Positions 25,366 through 39,047 of a DNA stretch of 64,000 bases are shown here, one piece after another; within the stretch, counting starts at the first letter, position 1, and each line of letters starts with the position of its first letter. The notes below the pieces were generated by a model. The model did no database searches. It saw nothing but the letters and a program-made list of their open reading frames with translations, and had not been told where the DNA came from. Location of the stretch: assembly GCA_035084275.1 (NCBI GenBank), contig CM068749.1:17484001-17548000 (forward strand). The letters are read 5' to 3'. Made by a program: the position numbers and the translations under genes. The DNA is from Hydrolagus colliei. Its lineage: Eukaryota.

Positions 25366-28300
25366 TCTTGTTTTTTGTGCAAAGTATTACTACAGGCATC
25401 AGAGGGTTAAAACTCTCTATAAAGTAACCGGATAAGACTCTTGATGGTGAAAGCACTCTGATTCAAAACAGTCGTTTCCTGCCTGTGGTACACCTTCAAC
25501 CACACTGTGACTGTGATTTTTTTAAAAAAAACAATCTGACACATCTACTAGTTTGGAGAGAATCAGGCCTGTGCATTTAGGGTAATGAGACCATTGCAAT
25601 TCAAGCTCAATTAATTCCTTTGCTTACTGTCTCTGGAACGGAAAGAGAGGTACTGTACAACGATAGTCCATAATGATAATCCATAAAGTTAATCAGAAGC
25701 TGATCAAAGCTCTCAGCATTGCTCATTTGTACGATATGATATTCAACCAGTTCAACTATCCTCAATCTCCTCAATCCTTCTCTCTTAACTTACTTTGAGG
25801 GGGGGGTGAGAGGAGGAGACAAAGAGAAGATTCTGAACCCAATTCATGACAGACACATGGATTCAAACACAGGAAACGTGAAAATGCCAGGGATTCTTTG
25901 ACACTGTTGAGATCTACTTCTCCACCTAATGCCTTGGCTTTTTTGTAAGGTAAGGGAGGAAATGGAGAGAGAGCCTTCACTCACTATCAAAATCTAATGG
26001 GAAAACTCCCTCCACCAACAAAGATAAGCACATGCACAAGTAGAAAGTGACTGCAGATTCATTATCAAAACTTCCCTCTATTATACTCATTCTCTTGAAT
26101 CAATGAATCCACTCTGACTACTGTTCAGTTAAAACAAAATGCCTGGGAATGAATAGGCATTTAATCTGACATGTGCATGTAATTAGTGCACATACGTGGA
26201 ATTGTTTTCAATTGAAAATAAATATTACAGCGGCAGAATTGCTGGCCGTGGAAACGGTGTGGCTCTGTGCTCCATTCACCCACGAGGATCTGATTCCTGA
26301 GCTCAGATTACAAGGCTGGGTCCCAGCAGAAAGAAGGAACACTGATTCCCAAACCAGTTATCGTCTTTGTGGCCGTTTCACATGGTCTGCACTCTGAGTA
26401 ATATGGGCTTCACTCTGCAATCTGACACGGTGCCACAGAAGATTTCTAAATTTAGTTTGAATTTGTATAAAACATGGGGTTATTTACTTCAATTGCAAAT
26501 TCAATGAGCCAAAGCGAAAAACATTAAGAAAATGAGCAGAAAGATTGCTACAATTCACTGGTGTTAGAATACATTGATATCGAATATAATCGTGGAAATG
26601 CAAAATATATGCATGTGGGTAGTTTCGATCTTGAGCTTACTGCCCATCGCTAAAGATAGCCATTAATTCAAGCTAAAAGGACTTTGGACTAAGTAAAGGG
26701 CTGACCCCTGGAGTACTCAATGGAGACTGAAGCTTTCAAAATGCATTCTTGTTTTTAAAAAAAGCAGTTCTCAGCCTCATTAAGTTTTATAGAATGGGCG
26801 CTTTCATTTTCCTTATTTCACAACCTGGAAAACTACCTGCTTAAGAGTTCACATGTAATGGATGTCTTGCTGTCAAAGCTTGTGTTTGGATATTCCCACT
26901 CCTTTTCCTAAGGTCAGGCACATCTACTCTACCCTGGAGGCCTGAGAGGTCCAGTCCACCATCACAGGTGGCTTTAGTGCCATTTTTGGTTTGCCAGGCA
27001 GAGGGATTTTGTATTGCAGGTATGATAGAGAGAAAGAAAAAATCAGATCGAAAGCACACAAGGGACAGAATACAACAAAGTATCATCGGACGAGTAGATC
27101 ATTTGTCACACAGGTCAGACATGCCAAATCGGAGAAGGACAACCAGCAAACAAGGTTCAGTGACACACAATGCACTTGTGAGAGAATACTTTGTTGTTTG
27201 TGAGCTATGATGTCATTCACACTCATTTAATATAAATGGCCCCTCATGGTATAACATGTGGCTCCATGTAATATATTTAGGGAGTGTCAGAAACATTGAT
27301 TAATTCATTCCTGCTCCTTTCAAAATTATGTGCAAACTGAGACCTTAGCATTTTTTTAAAGGTGCTTGAAGAGTTACAGTATTTGTACTTTGAAAGTTAG
27401 TGGCATAAGTGACAATATCCCCAGTAAAATGATCACGTAACTGGAAAGGAAGGGAACTGTAAAATTTGAAATAGCACTTTTAAACGTGCAATTGCATTCA
27501 TACAAACTGAAGAAATCACATTACAAGTAGAGGCAGTCAGGCTGAACAACCTTTTGGCCTTGGCACTTTTTGGTAAAAGATGAACATTGTTTATACAGCA
27601 AATTTATTGTGGGAGTAAATGCTGTGTGTACATTCACGACTGGGCTAAAGTTTACAATGTAAACTTGCTGGTGGAAGCATCCAGTTTAAAACCAACATAA
27701 AAACTAACCCATGCACTGTGTGTTCTAGGTTAGTTTTCCTCTGGAAGATGGCCAATGTAAATAGTTAGCCAGTGTAATGCTTCGAGCCTGATTAGGTAAC
27801 TCACCCACCCAACGAGCCACCTCATAAGTCACAATTCAAAGACACCATTGAAGCTGACTTTTCTGCAACTGTGGTGCGAATGGGGCAGCTCAGATACTTA
27901 TCTTACCAATACCCAAAATAAACTGTAGTCCAATTACTGGGCACCAGTAGTAATAGACTGCAGGCTGCAATTAGAAGTACTGCAGTAATGAGCAAGTCAA
28001 GGACCACAGCAATATTTATGAACCACATCCAAAAATAATAGTAAGTCTGAATTTCTTGTTTTCCTTACAAATGTAATGTTTAACGTGTTTCTTTTAAAAT
28101 AATTTTAGGGGAAAAATGAGATGGAAAGTATGTTCATTTTCAAAGTTACAGTGAGAGCCATTCACAATGGAATACTGTTAGCCACGTCACGAGTTCATGA
28201 CCAGAGCAGCATCACTGTGCCAAAAGTTATCTGAGCAATTAGAAATCCAGTCAGATTTTTACAGTGTTTCACATAAATTTTGTGACCTATGATGGGTTAA

Positions 28301-28504
28301 TTATTAGCAGCATTAATTAACACATTGTTAAAAATTCTACTCTTGTCAAAAACTCAAGACGTTGGTTTCACAAACCACCCCCGCCCCCAACTCTGACACT
28401 GTCACTGTTGTTTATACACGAGAGTTCAGACCATGGATTAACTCAACATAATCATCCAAACTGCTGACTAGCAGTCCAAGATGTGGCTTAATTCTGGTTC
28501 AATT

Positions 28505-28645
28505 ATTGTGAAGACATTTGTTGGGTAAGGGTATTAAGGGATATGGAGCTAGGTGGATGGATAATTGGTCTTGGGGTATACATCATCCATGATCATAAAA
28601 TGGAGGAACAGACTCGAGGGGCTGAATGGCCTACTCATCTTGTTC
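28505..28645 (+). mobile_element. CR1 3' UTR fragment
   Basis: AAGGGATATGG...CCATGATC...ACTCGAGGGGCTGAATGGCCTACTC, homologous to 46240-46350. Confidence 0.85.
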
Positions 28646-29094
28646 TGGAGGAGTCTGGGCTAGGGGGAAGAGGGGAAGTAGATAGCTTCCCATTCCTGGA
28701 CTTTTCTACTGCACTGTAATCTTTTACTGTACTTGTATCAGTCTATTACTACTTCAGGGGGAAACTGAGCCGGCATGTAACAGACAGTACCAAAGACTGG
28801 CCCATGAAGGTGTGTCTTCTCTGTTGAAGAAGTGGAAGCTGGTGGATGGTAGTGGTGAGTCAACACTCATTTTAATCTACTTTAACCTGTGTTTATGTGA
28901 ATTCATTCAACTTCGTACACTGAGAAGGAAATGCATCACAGTATGTACTTCATAGAATCAGGTCATTTTCTCCCACAAGTGTAAAAGTCGAGTCAATGTT
29001 TTTTTCCATAAACTTAATCCTTGACCTGTTGGATGAAGGAATAGGTATATGCCAGGTTTTAGGATAAAAATATAACTGTGCTTCCCTGATGACC

Positions 29095-29295
29095 AGTAGG
29101 TAAAAGCACTGCCAAATGCTAGTTCTATGCAAACTAGAAGATAGCCAAGTTCAAATCCTCATCTATGCTGTTAGCTGATCTCACTCTTGCTTGCAATTGG
29201 AGTGCTATAATTTGACAGGACGAACAACTTTGACATTGGCAGATAGAGGGAGAGAGAGATGTGGGTGGCGGGTGCTACAATTGGCTGCAGTGCAA
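29095..29295 (+). mobile_element. Ancient SINE family B, 5' part
   Basis: CAAGTTCAAATCCTCATCTATGCTGTTAGCTGATCTC...GTGCTACAATTGGC. Confidence 0.55.
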
Positions 29296-29389
29296 ATTCT
29301 GATAGGTAATAGACTTTAAAGAATTCTAATATCAATTTGGAAGCCGGTGCTTAACCTTTCAGCTTCTATTAGTTTGACAGCATTAGTGT

Positions 29390-29592
29390 AGCAGGAAAAT
29401 CGGTGATCATGGCCAGTCAAACATTGCACCAAATAAAGAGTTGTGCATTCTATGTGTATGGCACCACACAGTATTGTGAGTTTGAATAGATTGCCTTGTC
29501 GTGGTCATACATCACTTGATAGCAATTACCTGTGAAGTTCTTTGAAATGTTTTGATGTCATAGGAGTTATCAAATACAAGTATTATTATCAT
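29390..29592 (+). mobile_element. Decayed DeuSINE 3' part
   Basis: TGATAGCAATTACCTGTGAAGTTCTTTGA...TATCAAATACAAGTATTATT, near-identical to 14870-14900. Confidence 0.6.
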
Positions 29593-29989
29593 CATGCTCA
29601 TATTATCTGATCATACTCCACAATATAAGCAGGCTGATAAATTAGCTGAATCTGTACTTTTTTTTAATAACATTGGTTCTTGGATTAAAATCTCTGGATA
29701 TGTTCCAACAGTAAAATCCAAAATGGGGAGGTAAGATCTTACAGGAAATATCCTAAATAATTGAGAATGACTTATAACACAGAGCAGGAGCCCAGAGCAA
29801 AGTGTGCAGGAAGTAGAGAAGACTTACAACAGCACTGGCTTCTATGCTGCTGGAGGCTTGAGGAAGAAAGATAAAGGACTCCAATTGGCAGGGGGCCAGG
29901 TTGAAGTGTAATTGAGAATGAATATTCAGTTATGGTTTTCGGGGGTCCTTCAACATCGATGTACCAATCTTGCCTCCTCCAACTAGGAA

Positions 29990-30115
29990 TAGAATTTGTC
30001 ACTGGAGTCTATGAAAGATCATGGAATCCATGTTTTGCTTTGTGTGTGGAGGTGACCGGTTTGATGGGCAAATGGCCAACTCTCACTCCAAGCTTAAGAT
30101 CTTATGACTTGTGGA
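29990..30115 (+). mobile_element. Decayed CR1-type 3' end
   Basis: TTGATGGGCAAATGGCC...TCTTATGACTTGTG resembles the CR1 terminal stem and repeat. Confidence 0.45.
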
Positions 30116-30739
30116 TATTCTTTCCCTTCCTGTGTTTTAAAATCCAACCAAAGCAAAAAGGGTAGAGGAGGCCAATCAATCTTGAACTGAACTATCCTGA
30201 GTTGATGCAGACAGAAAGAGGAGGTACACAAAGCAAACTGAGGCTCAGGGTGAACTAACTGAAAAACACAACAGAAAATCAATTTGTAGCAGTTAGGGAA
30301 AAAACATAGTTCCCTTCTACGAAAAGCAAAGGTCAGGCAGGATTTGTGTGTTCTCTAAATGTTGTCTTAGAGCATTTCTTTAAAGGTTACCATGTCATGT
30401 AGTTTCAGAGTAAAGAAGTAAGAGGAGCCTTATAAACACCAGCTCCACCTCAGGCCAGTTAGTGACTGTGACACACTGTGACAGTGGACAGCAGGAGGCT
30501 GGCTGATGTTAGATCATCATCAATGCCATTGGGCAAAGATACATTGCTTTCAAATTATTTTAAAAATTGGCTGCAACGCAGGCAAAAAAGTTGAAATGTG
30601 TTAACTTAGAAAGGGTTTCCCAGCTGAGTTTTGTATTGTGTATCAATGGTTGCTATATCCGAATAAGGCCATATTTTGCAAACTATTTTGCTGCATGCCT
30701 AATACTGTACAATGTGCAAGCAAATATTTCATCATATTT

Positions 30740-31019
30740 CACTCGTCTCACAAGCAAGACCTGGATTCAATTCCAGGCAGGGCGAAACCTTGGGTAAGTT
30801 TCCATCTCCACAGGCCTGATAACAATCCCTCAAAAAAAAAAAATTGGTCATTTCAATCGACGACTATTTGTGGGACACTGCTGTGCACAATTAGCTGCTG
30901 CGTTTCACCCACAAAAATACTGTCAATTCACTTTACAGTATATTCTGTGAAGCGCTTTGAGACATCTAGAAGACCTGAAAAGAGTTACATCCAATGCAAG
31001 GATTATCAATTATTATTAT
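30740..31019 (+). mobile_element. SINE family A, slightly 5'-truncated, short variant
   Basis: B box GGATTCAATTCC, GGCGAAACCTTGGGTAAGT, Deu TTTGTGGGACACTGCTGTGCACAATTAGCTGC, L2-type tail. Confidence 0.92.
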
Positions 31020-32399
31020 CATGTGCAAAACAATCAAATTCATTTGGTGAATTTTTGCAAGTTGCTAAACATGGGTACAAGTCTACAAAATAATGACAAT
31101 AATGGTGGCAAATAATCTAATTGGTGGCAATTTCTAATGGAGTTGTTTAGTAAGGAAAATGGATGCACCTCACACTTATCTTTCCTTACTAAGGAATCCT
31201 GCTTGGAAAAAGACAGATTTTACACCCTATAATATTTTAGTTTTTAGTCACATTTCAGGCTTTTGTAGCATAGGAAAATTGCTAATAGTTATGGCAATAT
31301 ATATAATAAAACATAGCCTAATCATGAATATTTGATTTGTGATGCATCTTACACATGAAATAATATATTTCAAGGGAGAAGGAAAGACATGAGAAAGTAT
31401 GTATGACTGAAATAATACAAAATTGCACTTATATAAATTATTGTAATTTAGAATTACCCAGGGAACTGGAAGATAAGGAAAAATACCTGTTAAATCACAC
31501 TAAACAAAGTCTGAGAAATGTTACATTTGGTAGCAATAATTTGGATTTAACATCAGGGAGTACCATTTTCTTTCATTATAAAGTACTCTAAATATTTGCC
31601 TTTCTAATTCATTTTTTTTTACAGAAGGTACTTTTCTTGTCGGACACATTGATAGTTGGCATAATGACAGATAGAGTCCATAGAGAGTCAAGCCTCAATG
31701 TTTCTAATTGGGGTGATACCAACCAGTTCCATGTTATATCATGAAACAAATATTCCTTTTCAAACCGGCGGGAATAGGATTCCTAGACAATCTGAATTCA
31801 GGAGGTCCAAAGTTGATATTTTTTGCCATCATGCAATGTGTTTATAGGAAGACAATTCAATAATTTCCAGGGAAATGAATGGTTTGGATGCAATCCCTCC
31901 CTAGAGTCAGAGAAAAAGATCTGAAAGATCTATGCACCTTTTAGACTTCCAAAGAACTCAATGAATGTGTTCTCCTCCAGAGTAATAAAGAGATGGCCAT
32001 TCAGATTTATAGAAATAGACTTGGATGCATGACCCAGTTCATCAAAGGGGTACTCAAGACACATTCTTTTCTATATGGGTGCAGCAGGAACAGATGGAAT
32101 AAATTTATACAATTATAAAAAGGAATAGCTACACGTAACAGCACTGCACTCTCTGTCATTCTTTCTCATTGGCTTCCAACTCACACCAGAAGTATGCTAC
32201 ACAAATGCTTGTCGTGTTCTGCCATTGTAAGAATGCACATTTGTAGAAAAAGAGTAAATTCCCCAGAGCTATTATTTGATATCTTTCTATTAAAGAACTA
32301 ACCAAATTATCCTTGTCTAAAGTGGACTCTGTTGTTGTTGTGAGTATAAATGTGTGTGTTTATAAAATAATCAAGTCAATGTTGAAGACTTAAACCGCT

Positions 32400-32716
32400 T
32401 CCACTCAAAGTCAGCACCAAGCAATCTCATATCAGCAACAGTGTAGGTTGGATACAGAGGTAAAGCTTCTTCTACCTTGTGACATTTCCATTTACTCATC
32501 TTGCTATCTTTGTGCTATTGCTGAATGACACTGTCAATTAGTCCTTAACCATGGGGAGTTTCTATATAGACTCATGTTCAGTACTTGCTGGATTGAGACT
32601 GCCCAAAATCATTTCACTCAAGACTACTCTAGCCAATAGAGAGAATAAATTTACATTCTGGGCTGGATTAAAACTCAATTGAGAAAGGGCAGTTTCCTAA
32701 TCCATTGCACTACCCT
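32400..32716 (-). mobile_element. LF-SINE-like element, diverged
   Basis: Minus strand, collinear with LF-SINE motifs as I recall them: AATCCAGCCCAG, GTGAAATGATTTTGGGCAGTCTCAATCCAG, ACTAATTG, then AAGCTTTACCTCTGTATCCAACC. Confidence 0.65.
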
Positions 32717-34238
32717 TTCCTAGTCATATGTTTTGTTAATCTCATACACAGCGGGGATTAGCAAAACAGCATTGACTTGATTTCGAGGTCAGTTTTAAAT
32801 TGAACTGACTCAGCCCATTGAACTCAAAGCCAGCTCTGTACCATTATAGCTCCAAAGTTAACAGTTTGGCTGCATTCCAAGTATTTTTTTTCATCAGTTC
32901 AGGTTTTGATTTCTTGATGAACAGAGAAATCTGGCATCTGGTAATGAATCCAAACTCAGGCTGATTGAAAAAAACAAGTGCTGGGTCGGTTTGACATTTG
33001 CACCTGGCAGCGATCTCAGCTCCACTATGTGGTATAAAAATACCTCACTGGTGAGAAATTAGAACTGGAACTGAATAGTTTGGAATTGTCATCACAGCTT
33101 TCCTCAGGGCATCTGCTATTACTGAAACATTACGGCAAACAAAATCTCTTCCTGCTACACTCCTGTAAGTTTTCCATCATTTAGCACTTTGTCTTGAAGA
33201 ATATCCACCTACTCTGTTGTAAACTTTCAAATTTTTTTTGAGAGCTCATCATCCCTATTCAATTTCTCTCTCTGGCAACAAGCAATTCAAGCATGCTCTG
33301 ACGAGACAGGCTGCAAAGCATTTATGGAATGGCAAGAAAATGTCTCCCAAGTCCTTTCCCTTGATATAATGTAAGTAAAACTTATAATCACTTGATACAA
33401 CAAGCTATATCAATAATATATGAATGTTTTGGAGGGATAGAACTTTATTCCAACAGATAAGACAAAGCACATTTGGACAATGTCATGGATGTGTCTAGGT
33501 AGTGGTGCAAGGATTAGACACCAATATATATGCTTAAAAGCAGGATCTGGAAAAAGTACAATTGTAATGAATGTTTTTATTCAGAGTTATGACTATTAAT
33601 CAAAAAATCAAACTCGATGAATTTTGTTTTACCATGATACTGTACTTGCATTCCATATTGGAAAATTGGCTGTAGTTCAGCTTCATGTCAACCTGGATTT
33701 TTTTTGGGAAGAGAGAGGGAGAGAGAGAGGAACAACAAGAAAATTTGTTCCAGACTTAAAGGTCTAAAGGGGAACCCATAATATGGGGCTAAAAACAGTT
33801 AGACATTAATGCTTTCCCATAGTGTACAATTCAATAGAATTTTAATGTAGCTAATAGGAGCCTTAGATCTGTAAAACTGTTTACGTTTACCCTGAGTGCA
33901 ATATAGCTTTATATCCAACAAATAACTGTTTTATCCGAGTAAGTTCCATTTTCATAAGCACCATTTACCCGTACCTTAATCCACTACTGCTTCAATGAAT
34001 GGAAACATTACATTGAAAGCAAATATTGTAGTCTCTTATGCGAAAACTGCAATTACAGCATTGGTCTGTGTATTCTAGGGATAGTTTAAATTATACCTTT
34101 TAGTGGAGAATTTGGTAAATATCCATAATATTTTTAAGGCTTTACACAAACAGTTTTAGAACAAAAAATTCCATTATATAGCTGAAAGGGATATTATTTT
34201 AAGAATACTACGTCCACATGCTATGTGATACCTGTGTG

Positions 34239-34780
34239 CAACAACAACAAGCTTACAGTTGTATAGCGCCTTTCATATTGGGAGGATGTCCCAAGGTGCT
34301 GGACAGAAAGTATTTTCTACCTCAGCTGGGGATAGAATTGGGAAGGGTAGAGGGCGCGGGGGGAGGTTAATAAAAGCACGGTCGAAGGAGGGCCTTGAGG
34401 TGTGTCTTGAATGAGGCAAGGGATGGGGCGAGGCACAGGGACTGTGGGATGGAGTCCCAGAGGGTGGGGGCAGAGTGGCTGAAGGCCCAACCACCAAGAG
34501 TGGACCGGGCAAGGTGGGGGGCATGAAGCAGGCTGGAGTTCGCTGAGCAGAGAGAACAGACAGGTTGGGAGAGAATTAGAAGGTCAAAGAGGTAGTGGGG
34601 AGCAAGGCTTTGAAGGAGATGACCAGGATCTTGAACTGTATCTGCTGTGTGGTGGGAAGCTAGTGGATTTGGGTGAGAATGGGGATGATAGGGTCCCAGT
34701 GCGTGAGAGGACATGGAACCTAGTGCGGGAGAGGATACGGGCTGCAGAGTTCTGGATGATCTGTAGCCTGTATAGGGATT
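34239..34780 (-). mobile_element. L2 LINE 3' fragment
   Basis: LYRLQIIQNSAARILSRT, LAPHYLFDLL and STLGGWAFSHSAPTLWDSIPQSL across frameshifts; tail ending in (TTG)n. Confidence 0.92.
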
Positions 34781-34879
34781 CACTCTATGTGATGATTGTC
34801 TGCCGGTAGCAAATCTAAATTGTAGGATTAGAATGTTCCTGCCTCCGCCCTGTGTCAATTTACCTTAATTTAATTCAGA

Positions 34880-35230
34880 AACTCAGTATAAAACAGCCAT
34901 GCAAAACTATAAGGTCCCAGGTTTGATTTCCATTGATAAACTGAATTAACTACTGTGGTGATAACTAGGGTACCAATAGGGCAGCTAAAGTTAGCCCCAA
35001 CTATCTGAGCTAGGGTGAGAAGAGTGAGAACCAGCAAGGAATCCTATTGTTGACTGCTATCTAGTGATATTGTTGAAAAGTGTGTGTGTAAATTTAGGTG
35101 AGAATAGGATCCCACGTGGTTACGATGCCCCTATGGTCAAACAGATTGCCAACAAGTACTCACTAGACACATAGACTTAATTATTCTGTGGTGGTAGCTA
35201 GAGGCATAAAACTCTGGTATTCTGAAGAAG
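34880..35230 (+). mobile_element. Ancient SINE family B, near full length, diverged
   Basis: AAGGTCCCAGGTTTGATTTCC...GCTATCTAGTGA...GGTGAGAATAGGATC...GATGCCCCTATGGTCAAACAG, collinear with 55185-55595. Confidence 0.65.
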
Positions 35231-35625
35231 ATTATTAGGTTTACCTTACATTTTATCAGAAGGAAAGGAATTGGGAGACATTTTCAGCGCCCGAGGGTGA
35301 GAATCACTGGTACAAAGAAAAAAACATGTGAACAAGTTGAACAAAATAACTTGCATTTTTTTTTCTTTTGGTTATGGATTAAAAATGCCTTTTATCTTCC
35401 AAAATACACAAATTATCAACAGCTCCTTTAACTTTCTGCCAAACCAGAAACCCTTTGGTCACATTATGAAAAATCATGCATTAGCACTAATATATTGCTT
35501 TCATGATTTGTGATGTATTCTATATCGCATAGTTGTGTTGTAGCCTTATACCACACTCCTAGCTATCCATTGTTCGCTCCATAATCGACGTGGTGTAGGG
35601 CCCACCTACTGCATTGTCTACCTGT

Positions 35626-35690
35626 TGAAACAACAATTTATATAGCACCTTTAACATAGGATGAATGTCTCAAAGTACTTCACAAAAACA
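35626..35690 (-). mobile_element. L2/SINE 3' tail
   Basis: ACAACAATTTATATAGCACCTTTAACATAGG...TCTCAAAGTACTTCAC. Confidence 0.7.
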
Positions 35691-36449
35691 ATGGAGCTCT
35701 TGAGCATGGAAGAAAGAAAACTGTAAATTTCATGCCCAAACACATTACTGTTCTTTTCTTGGCACTTTGGGTCAATGGTACATCAAGGGGGCGTTTAATG
35801 ATTACTAACCGCAAGATTGTTTCTTTCATAAAATCTGATTATTGAGGATTACCGTTTTTGGTGGTTTCAAATGTGGAAGGCTTCAAGGGAAGGATGGTAG
35901 ATTACAAAACAGTGATAACCTCATCCCACAATTAAGGAATACAGGTGGTTTCTAAAAGACTCTGAAAGTTGCCTTTAGTTTCTCAATTAGATCCTAGTTA
36001 CTGAGTGCAATGTATTCACGTCTGATTCTGCTCTCCTTTTGCCACTCAGCTCTCCCGCAATGCAGTCAGTCAGATGGAAGTGTTCACAGCTCGCTCTAAA
36101 TGGGCAATGTAATCAAAAACTCCGCAAAATTGTAGTAGCAATCACTGTTGAAAGTAACTCACTTATGTCATTGTAACTTTATTGTACAGTGGTTCATTTT
36201 GAAGTTTTCTCCGAGGAAAATCGCAGAATGTCATTTCAGAACAAATCCGGTTGCCTTCATTTTGGGAGCTGAATTTGACAACAGGAAGGGTCCATTCATA
36301 AATTCGAGGTGAAAATGTTAGCAAATTAAATGATTATTTAATGGTAATTGTATTGAATATCTATGTTGGTATTGTGTAATCTAGGAGAAAGACATTGTGT
36401 TGGATGTTTCATCATCTAATATGCTGCCTTTGGAATCACCCCAATTCAC

Positions 36450-36960
36450 AACACTTTAAGTCACATGATTGGTAATGGTGTGAATTAGTTGAAAATAACA
36501 TTAGATAAATAGTTCGATGATTCTAAGGTGGCTTGTGAAATAAACTGTAGATTGTAGGAGACAAAAACTGGAAGATAAAGTGTTCCATAATCTTGAGATC
36601 CTATGAAAATGAGTTTGACAATGTGTTGACTGCCATCAAAAGTAAGAGATAGTAGCTTCTGATTTGAAATGCAGAAAAGACAAATAAACTGAAGCTTTGA
36701 GGAACTGAAAGGAACCAACATTATGTCTGTGTTTTAGAGGACATACAGGTGATTAAAGTAACCACCGGCTCTGCAAGCGAAGCAATTGTTGCGAGTACTG
36801 AGGGTATGAAGTGAGGGTATGTATCAAAATGGTGAGACTGTGTGTTTATGGTACGAGAACAGAATGGAGCAATGTGAGAAGATTATTTGTCAAGATCATA
36901 AAGATGAAAATTGCAGAAGAAACGTGTGCCAAAAAGGCTAAGTTTTTCTCTTTAGCTTTG
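36450..36960 (-). mobile_element. Possible highly decayed CR1-group (Crack/L2-like) LINE C-terminus
   Basis: Minus-strand peptides FMILTNNLL then SRLWNTL, in the order expected for FMYK..NNLLP and GPKLWNSLP. Confidence 0.35.
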
Positions 36961-37972
36961 AAAAGTGGTGTAAAGAAGGATTAAAATAAGTTTTAAGAGA
37001 AAGTTTTGTCGGGGGATCAGAAGGAATAAATGCTGGAGGGGCAATTAGGAAACCCTTGCTGCTTCTTTCCAAGAAAGTAACATTTAACAGCTCCAATATT
37101 TTGCTTACAGACGTTGTGTGAGAAGGTAGTCAGCTTGGGAATCTTCAGACTCGATAAGATGCCTCTCTTACCACATGAAGAAGTACGATTCTGAACCTGT
37201 CCTTTGCCTATTTAGGAGAGGCATTCCTTATGAGCGCCAAAGTCTACAACAACAATGATTTCAATATAGAGGAATTTAGAATTGCCGGATTTGATTTTGT
37301 TCAGTAGACAGTCGAAAACTTCTGAAGAATTCAGTGGTTGGAGGAGTGGTAGATGCAGCAGATGGATCAAACGTACTAATTTACCAAATTACTTAGGTAG
37401 TAACACAAACTCTAGTCCCAAGATTACATTCACTGTTAATTTCATATAAAAAATGGATCCAGATGTGACGATTTCATTACACCTCACTCTTTTTGACAGT
37501 AATCGTGCTACTGCTATAATAGAAGTTTTCCCAGCTTAATTAAAAATATAATAACTCTTCAGTAGTTAATACTATTTCCAGCTGATTTACAAGAGAGGTG
37601 TTAGATAATAAGCAATGTACAATCTTATGCATTTGTGCACTATTCATTATGCACTTGTGCATTTAAACAATGGCACTACACATCAATAGTGAGCATTTGT
37701 TGCATACTACGGCACATATTCTGAGATGATTAAAACCGCACCAGCAATCAGATTATTTGCTTTCTGAAAACATAAAATTAAGCATGTGTAGACATATAAT
37801 GTTAAATATACCCTGTAAGAGTTGCAGTGTCTCCTAGTAAATTAATTTTTGAAGCAGATTATTATTTATCAACATACAGTGTGTTTTCTGAAATCTTTCA
37901 GGAGTGTGTTGAAGTGCAGGTGTTTAGCAGTAAAATAGTTCATTTGCAAAATCTGCACCTGCATCTACTCAC

Positions 37973-38178
37973 TTGACTAGGATGGTTTCTGCTAGCAGCC
38001 CAAAACAAATAGATGCTGCCTTGAACAAAGAATGGGGTGGTGGGTTGTCAAAGGCTGTCATCATCATGTACACAATGAATGGCACCACAGCCATTAGGCC
38101 CAAGATTACTGCAAGAATCATCCAATTCTGCCATTGGACAGCAACGAGCATCCATGCTGAGCCATTCTGTAGGTGGTA
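37973..38178 (-). other. Candidate 206-nt minus-strand exon
   Basis: Acceptor TTGTTTTCTGTTTCACAG| and donor CAA|GTGAGT; one frame open throughout. Confidence 0.3.
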
Positions 38179-38714
38179 CTGTGAAACAGAAAACAAATAT
38201 CTTAATGTGTTGATGCTATGAACATAAATAGCCTATAGCCAAAGAAACAAGACAGCAAAACACAAAGCAATAACTCACATCTGGTGACTTCTAATTATTA
38301 CTGCAATTCATTTTGCAAAGTTCAAATAAAATTATGACTGCAAGTACATATTAGTTTACACAACTCTGCTGGTTGTATATCTAACCAAATAGTATTTTAT
38401 GAGAAAATAAAATATTATTATTCATGCACATTGGTATACATCATTATATATTATTAAACCAGTGAGGCTTGGTGTTTATTATATACAGTGTTTATATTTC
38501 TATTCTACAGCATTCAACCCTCTAGCGAAATGTTAAATCTTTTACTGCAGACAGTGTTGTATATTAACTCATCTTTTAAAATGAAATTATATCTGTTGCT
38601 CTGTTACACTATGTAAACTAACCAGAATTCAAAATGGTTGTTTTTACTAAACAATCGTGTTAAATTTGAGAAAGCTTTTCAATTCATATTCCTAAATGTC
38701 ACACGCATAGTGTA

Positions 38715-39047
38715 ATAATAATAATAATAATAATAATTCTTGCATTTTGATATAGCGCTTTTCACGTCTTCTAGGTGGCTCAAAGCGCTTCACAGAGTAT
38801 ACTTCAAAGTGAATTGACTGTATATTTGTGGGCGAAATACGCCAGCCGATTGCGCATAGCAGTGTCCCTCAAACAGTTGTGGATCGAAATGATCAATTTA
38901 GTATAAGTTTTTTTTTTGAACGGATTATTATTAGACGTATGGAGTAAGGAAACTTGCCCAAGGTTTCGCCCCAACCTGCCTGAATTCGAAACACAGGTCT
39001 CACACTTGTATGGCGAATGCTCTAACCACTGAGCTACAGGACTCCAC
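38715..39047 (-). mobile_element. Full-length SINE family A with 7-bp target-site duplication
   Basis: tRNA head, Deu domain, tail with (TTA)n; TAGTGTA at 38708-38714 and 39048-39054. Confidence 0.95.

Noticed and set aside
30638-31093. 151-aa ORF (and the similar 155-aa ORF at 10091-10558)
   Set aside because: The shared FQSTTxCGTLLC peptide is translated SINE sequence, not a protein family.
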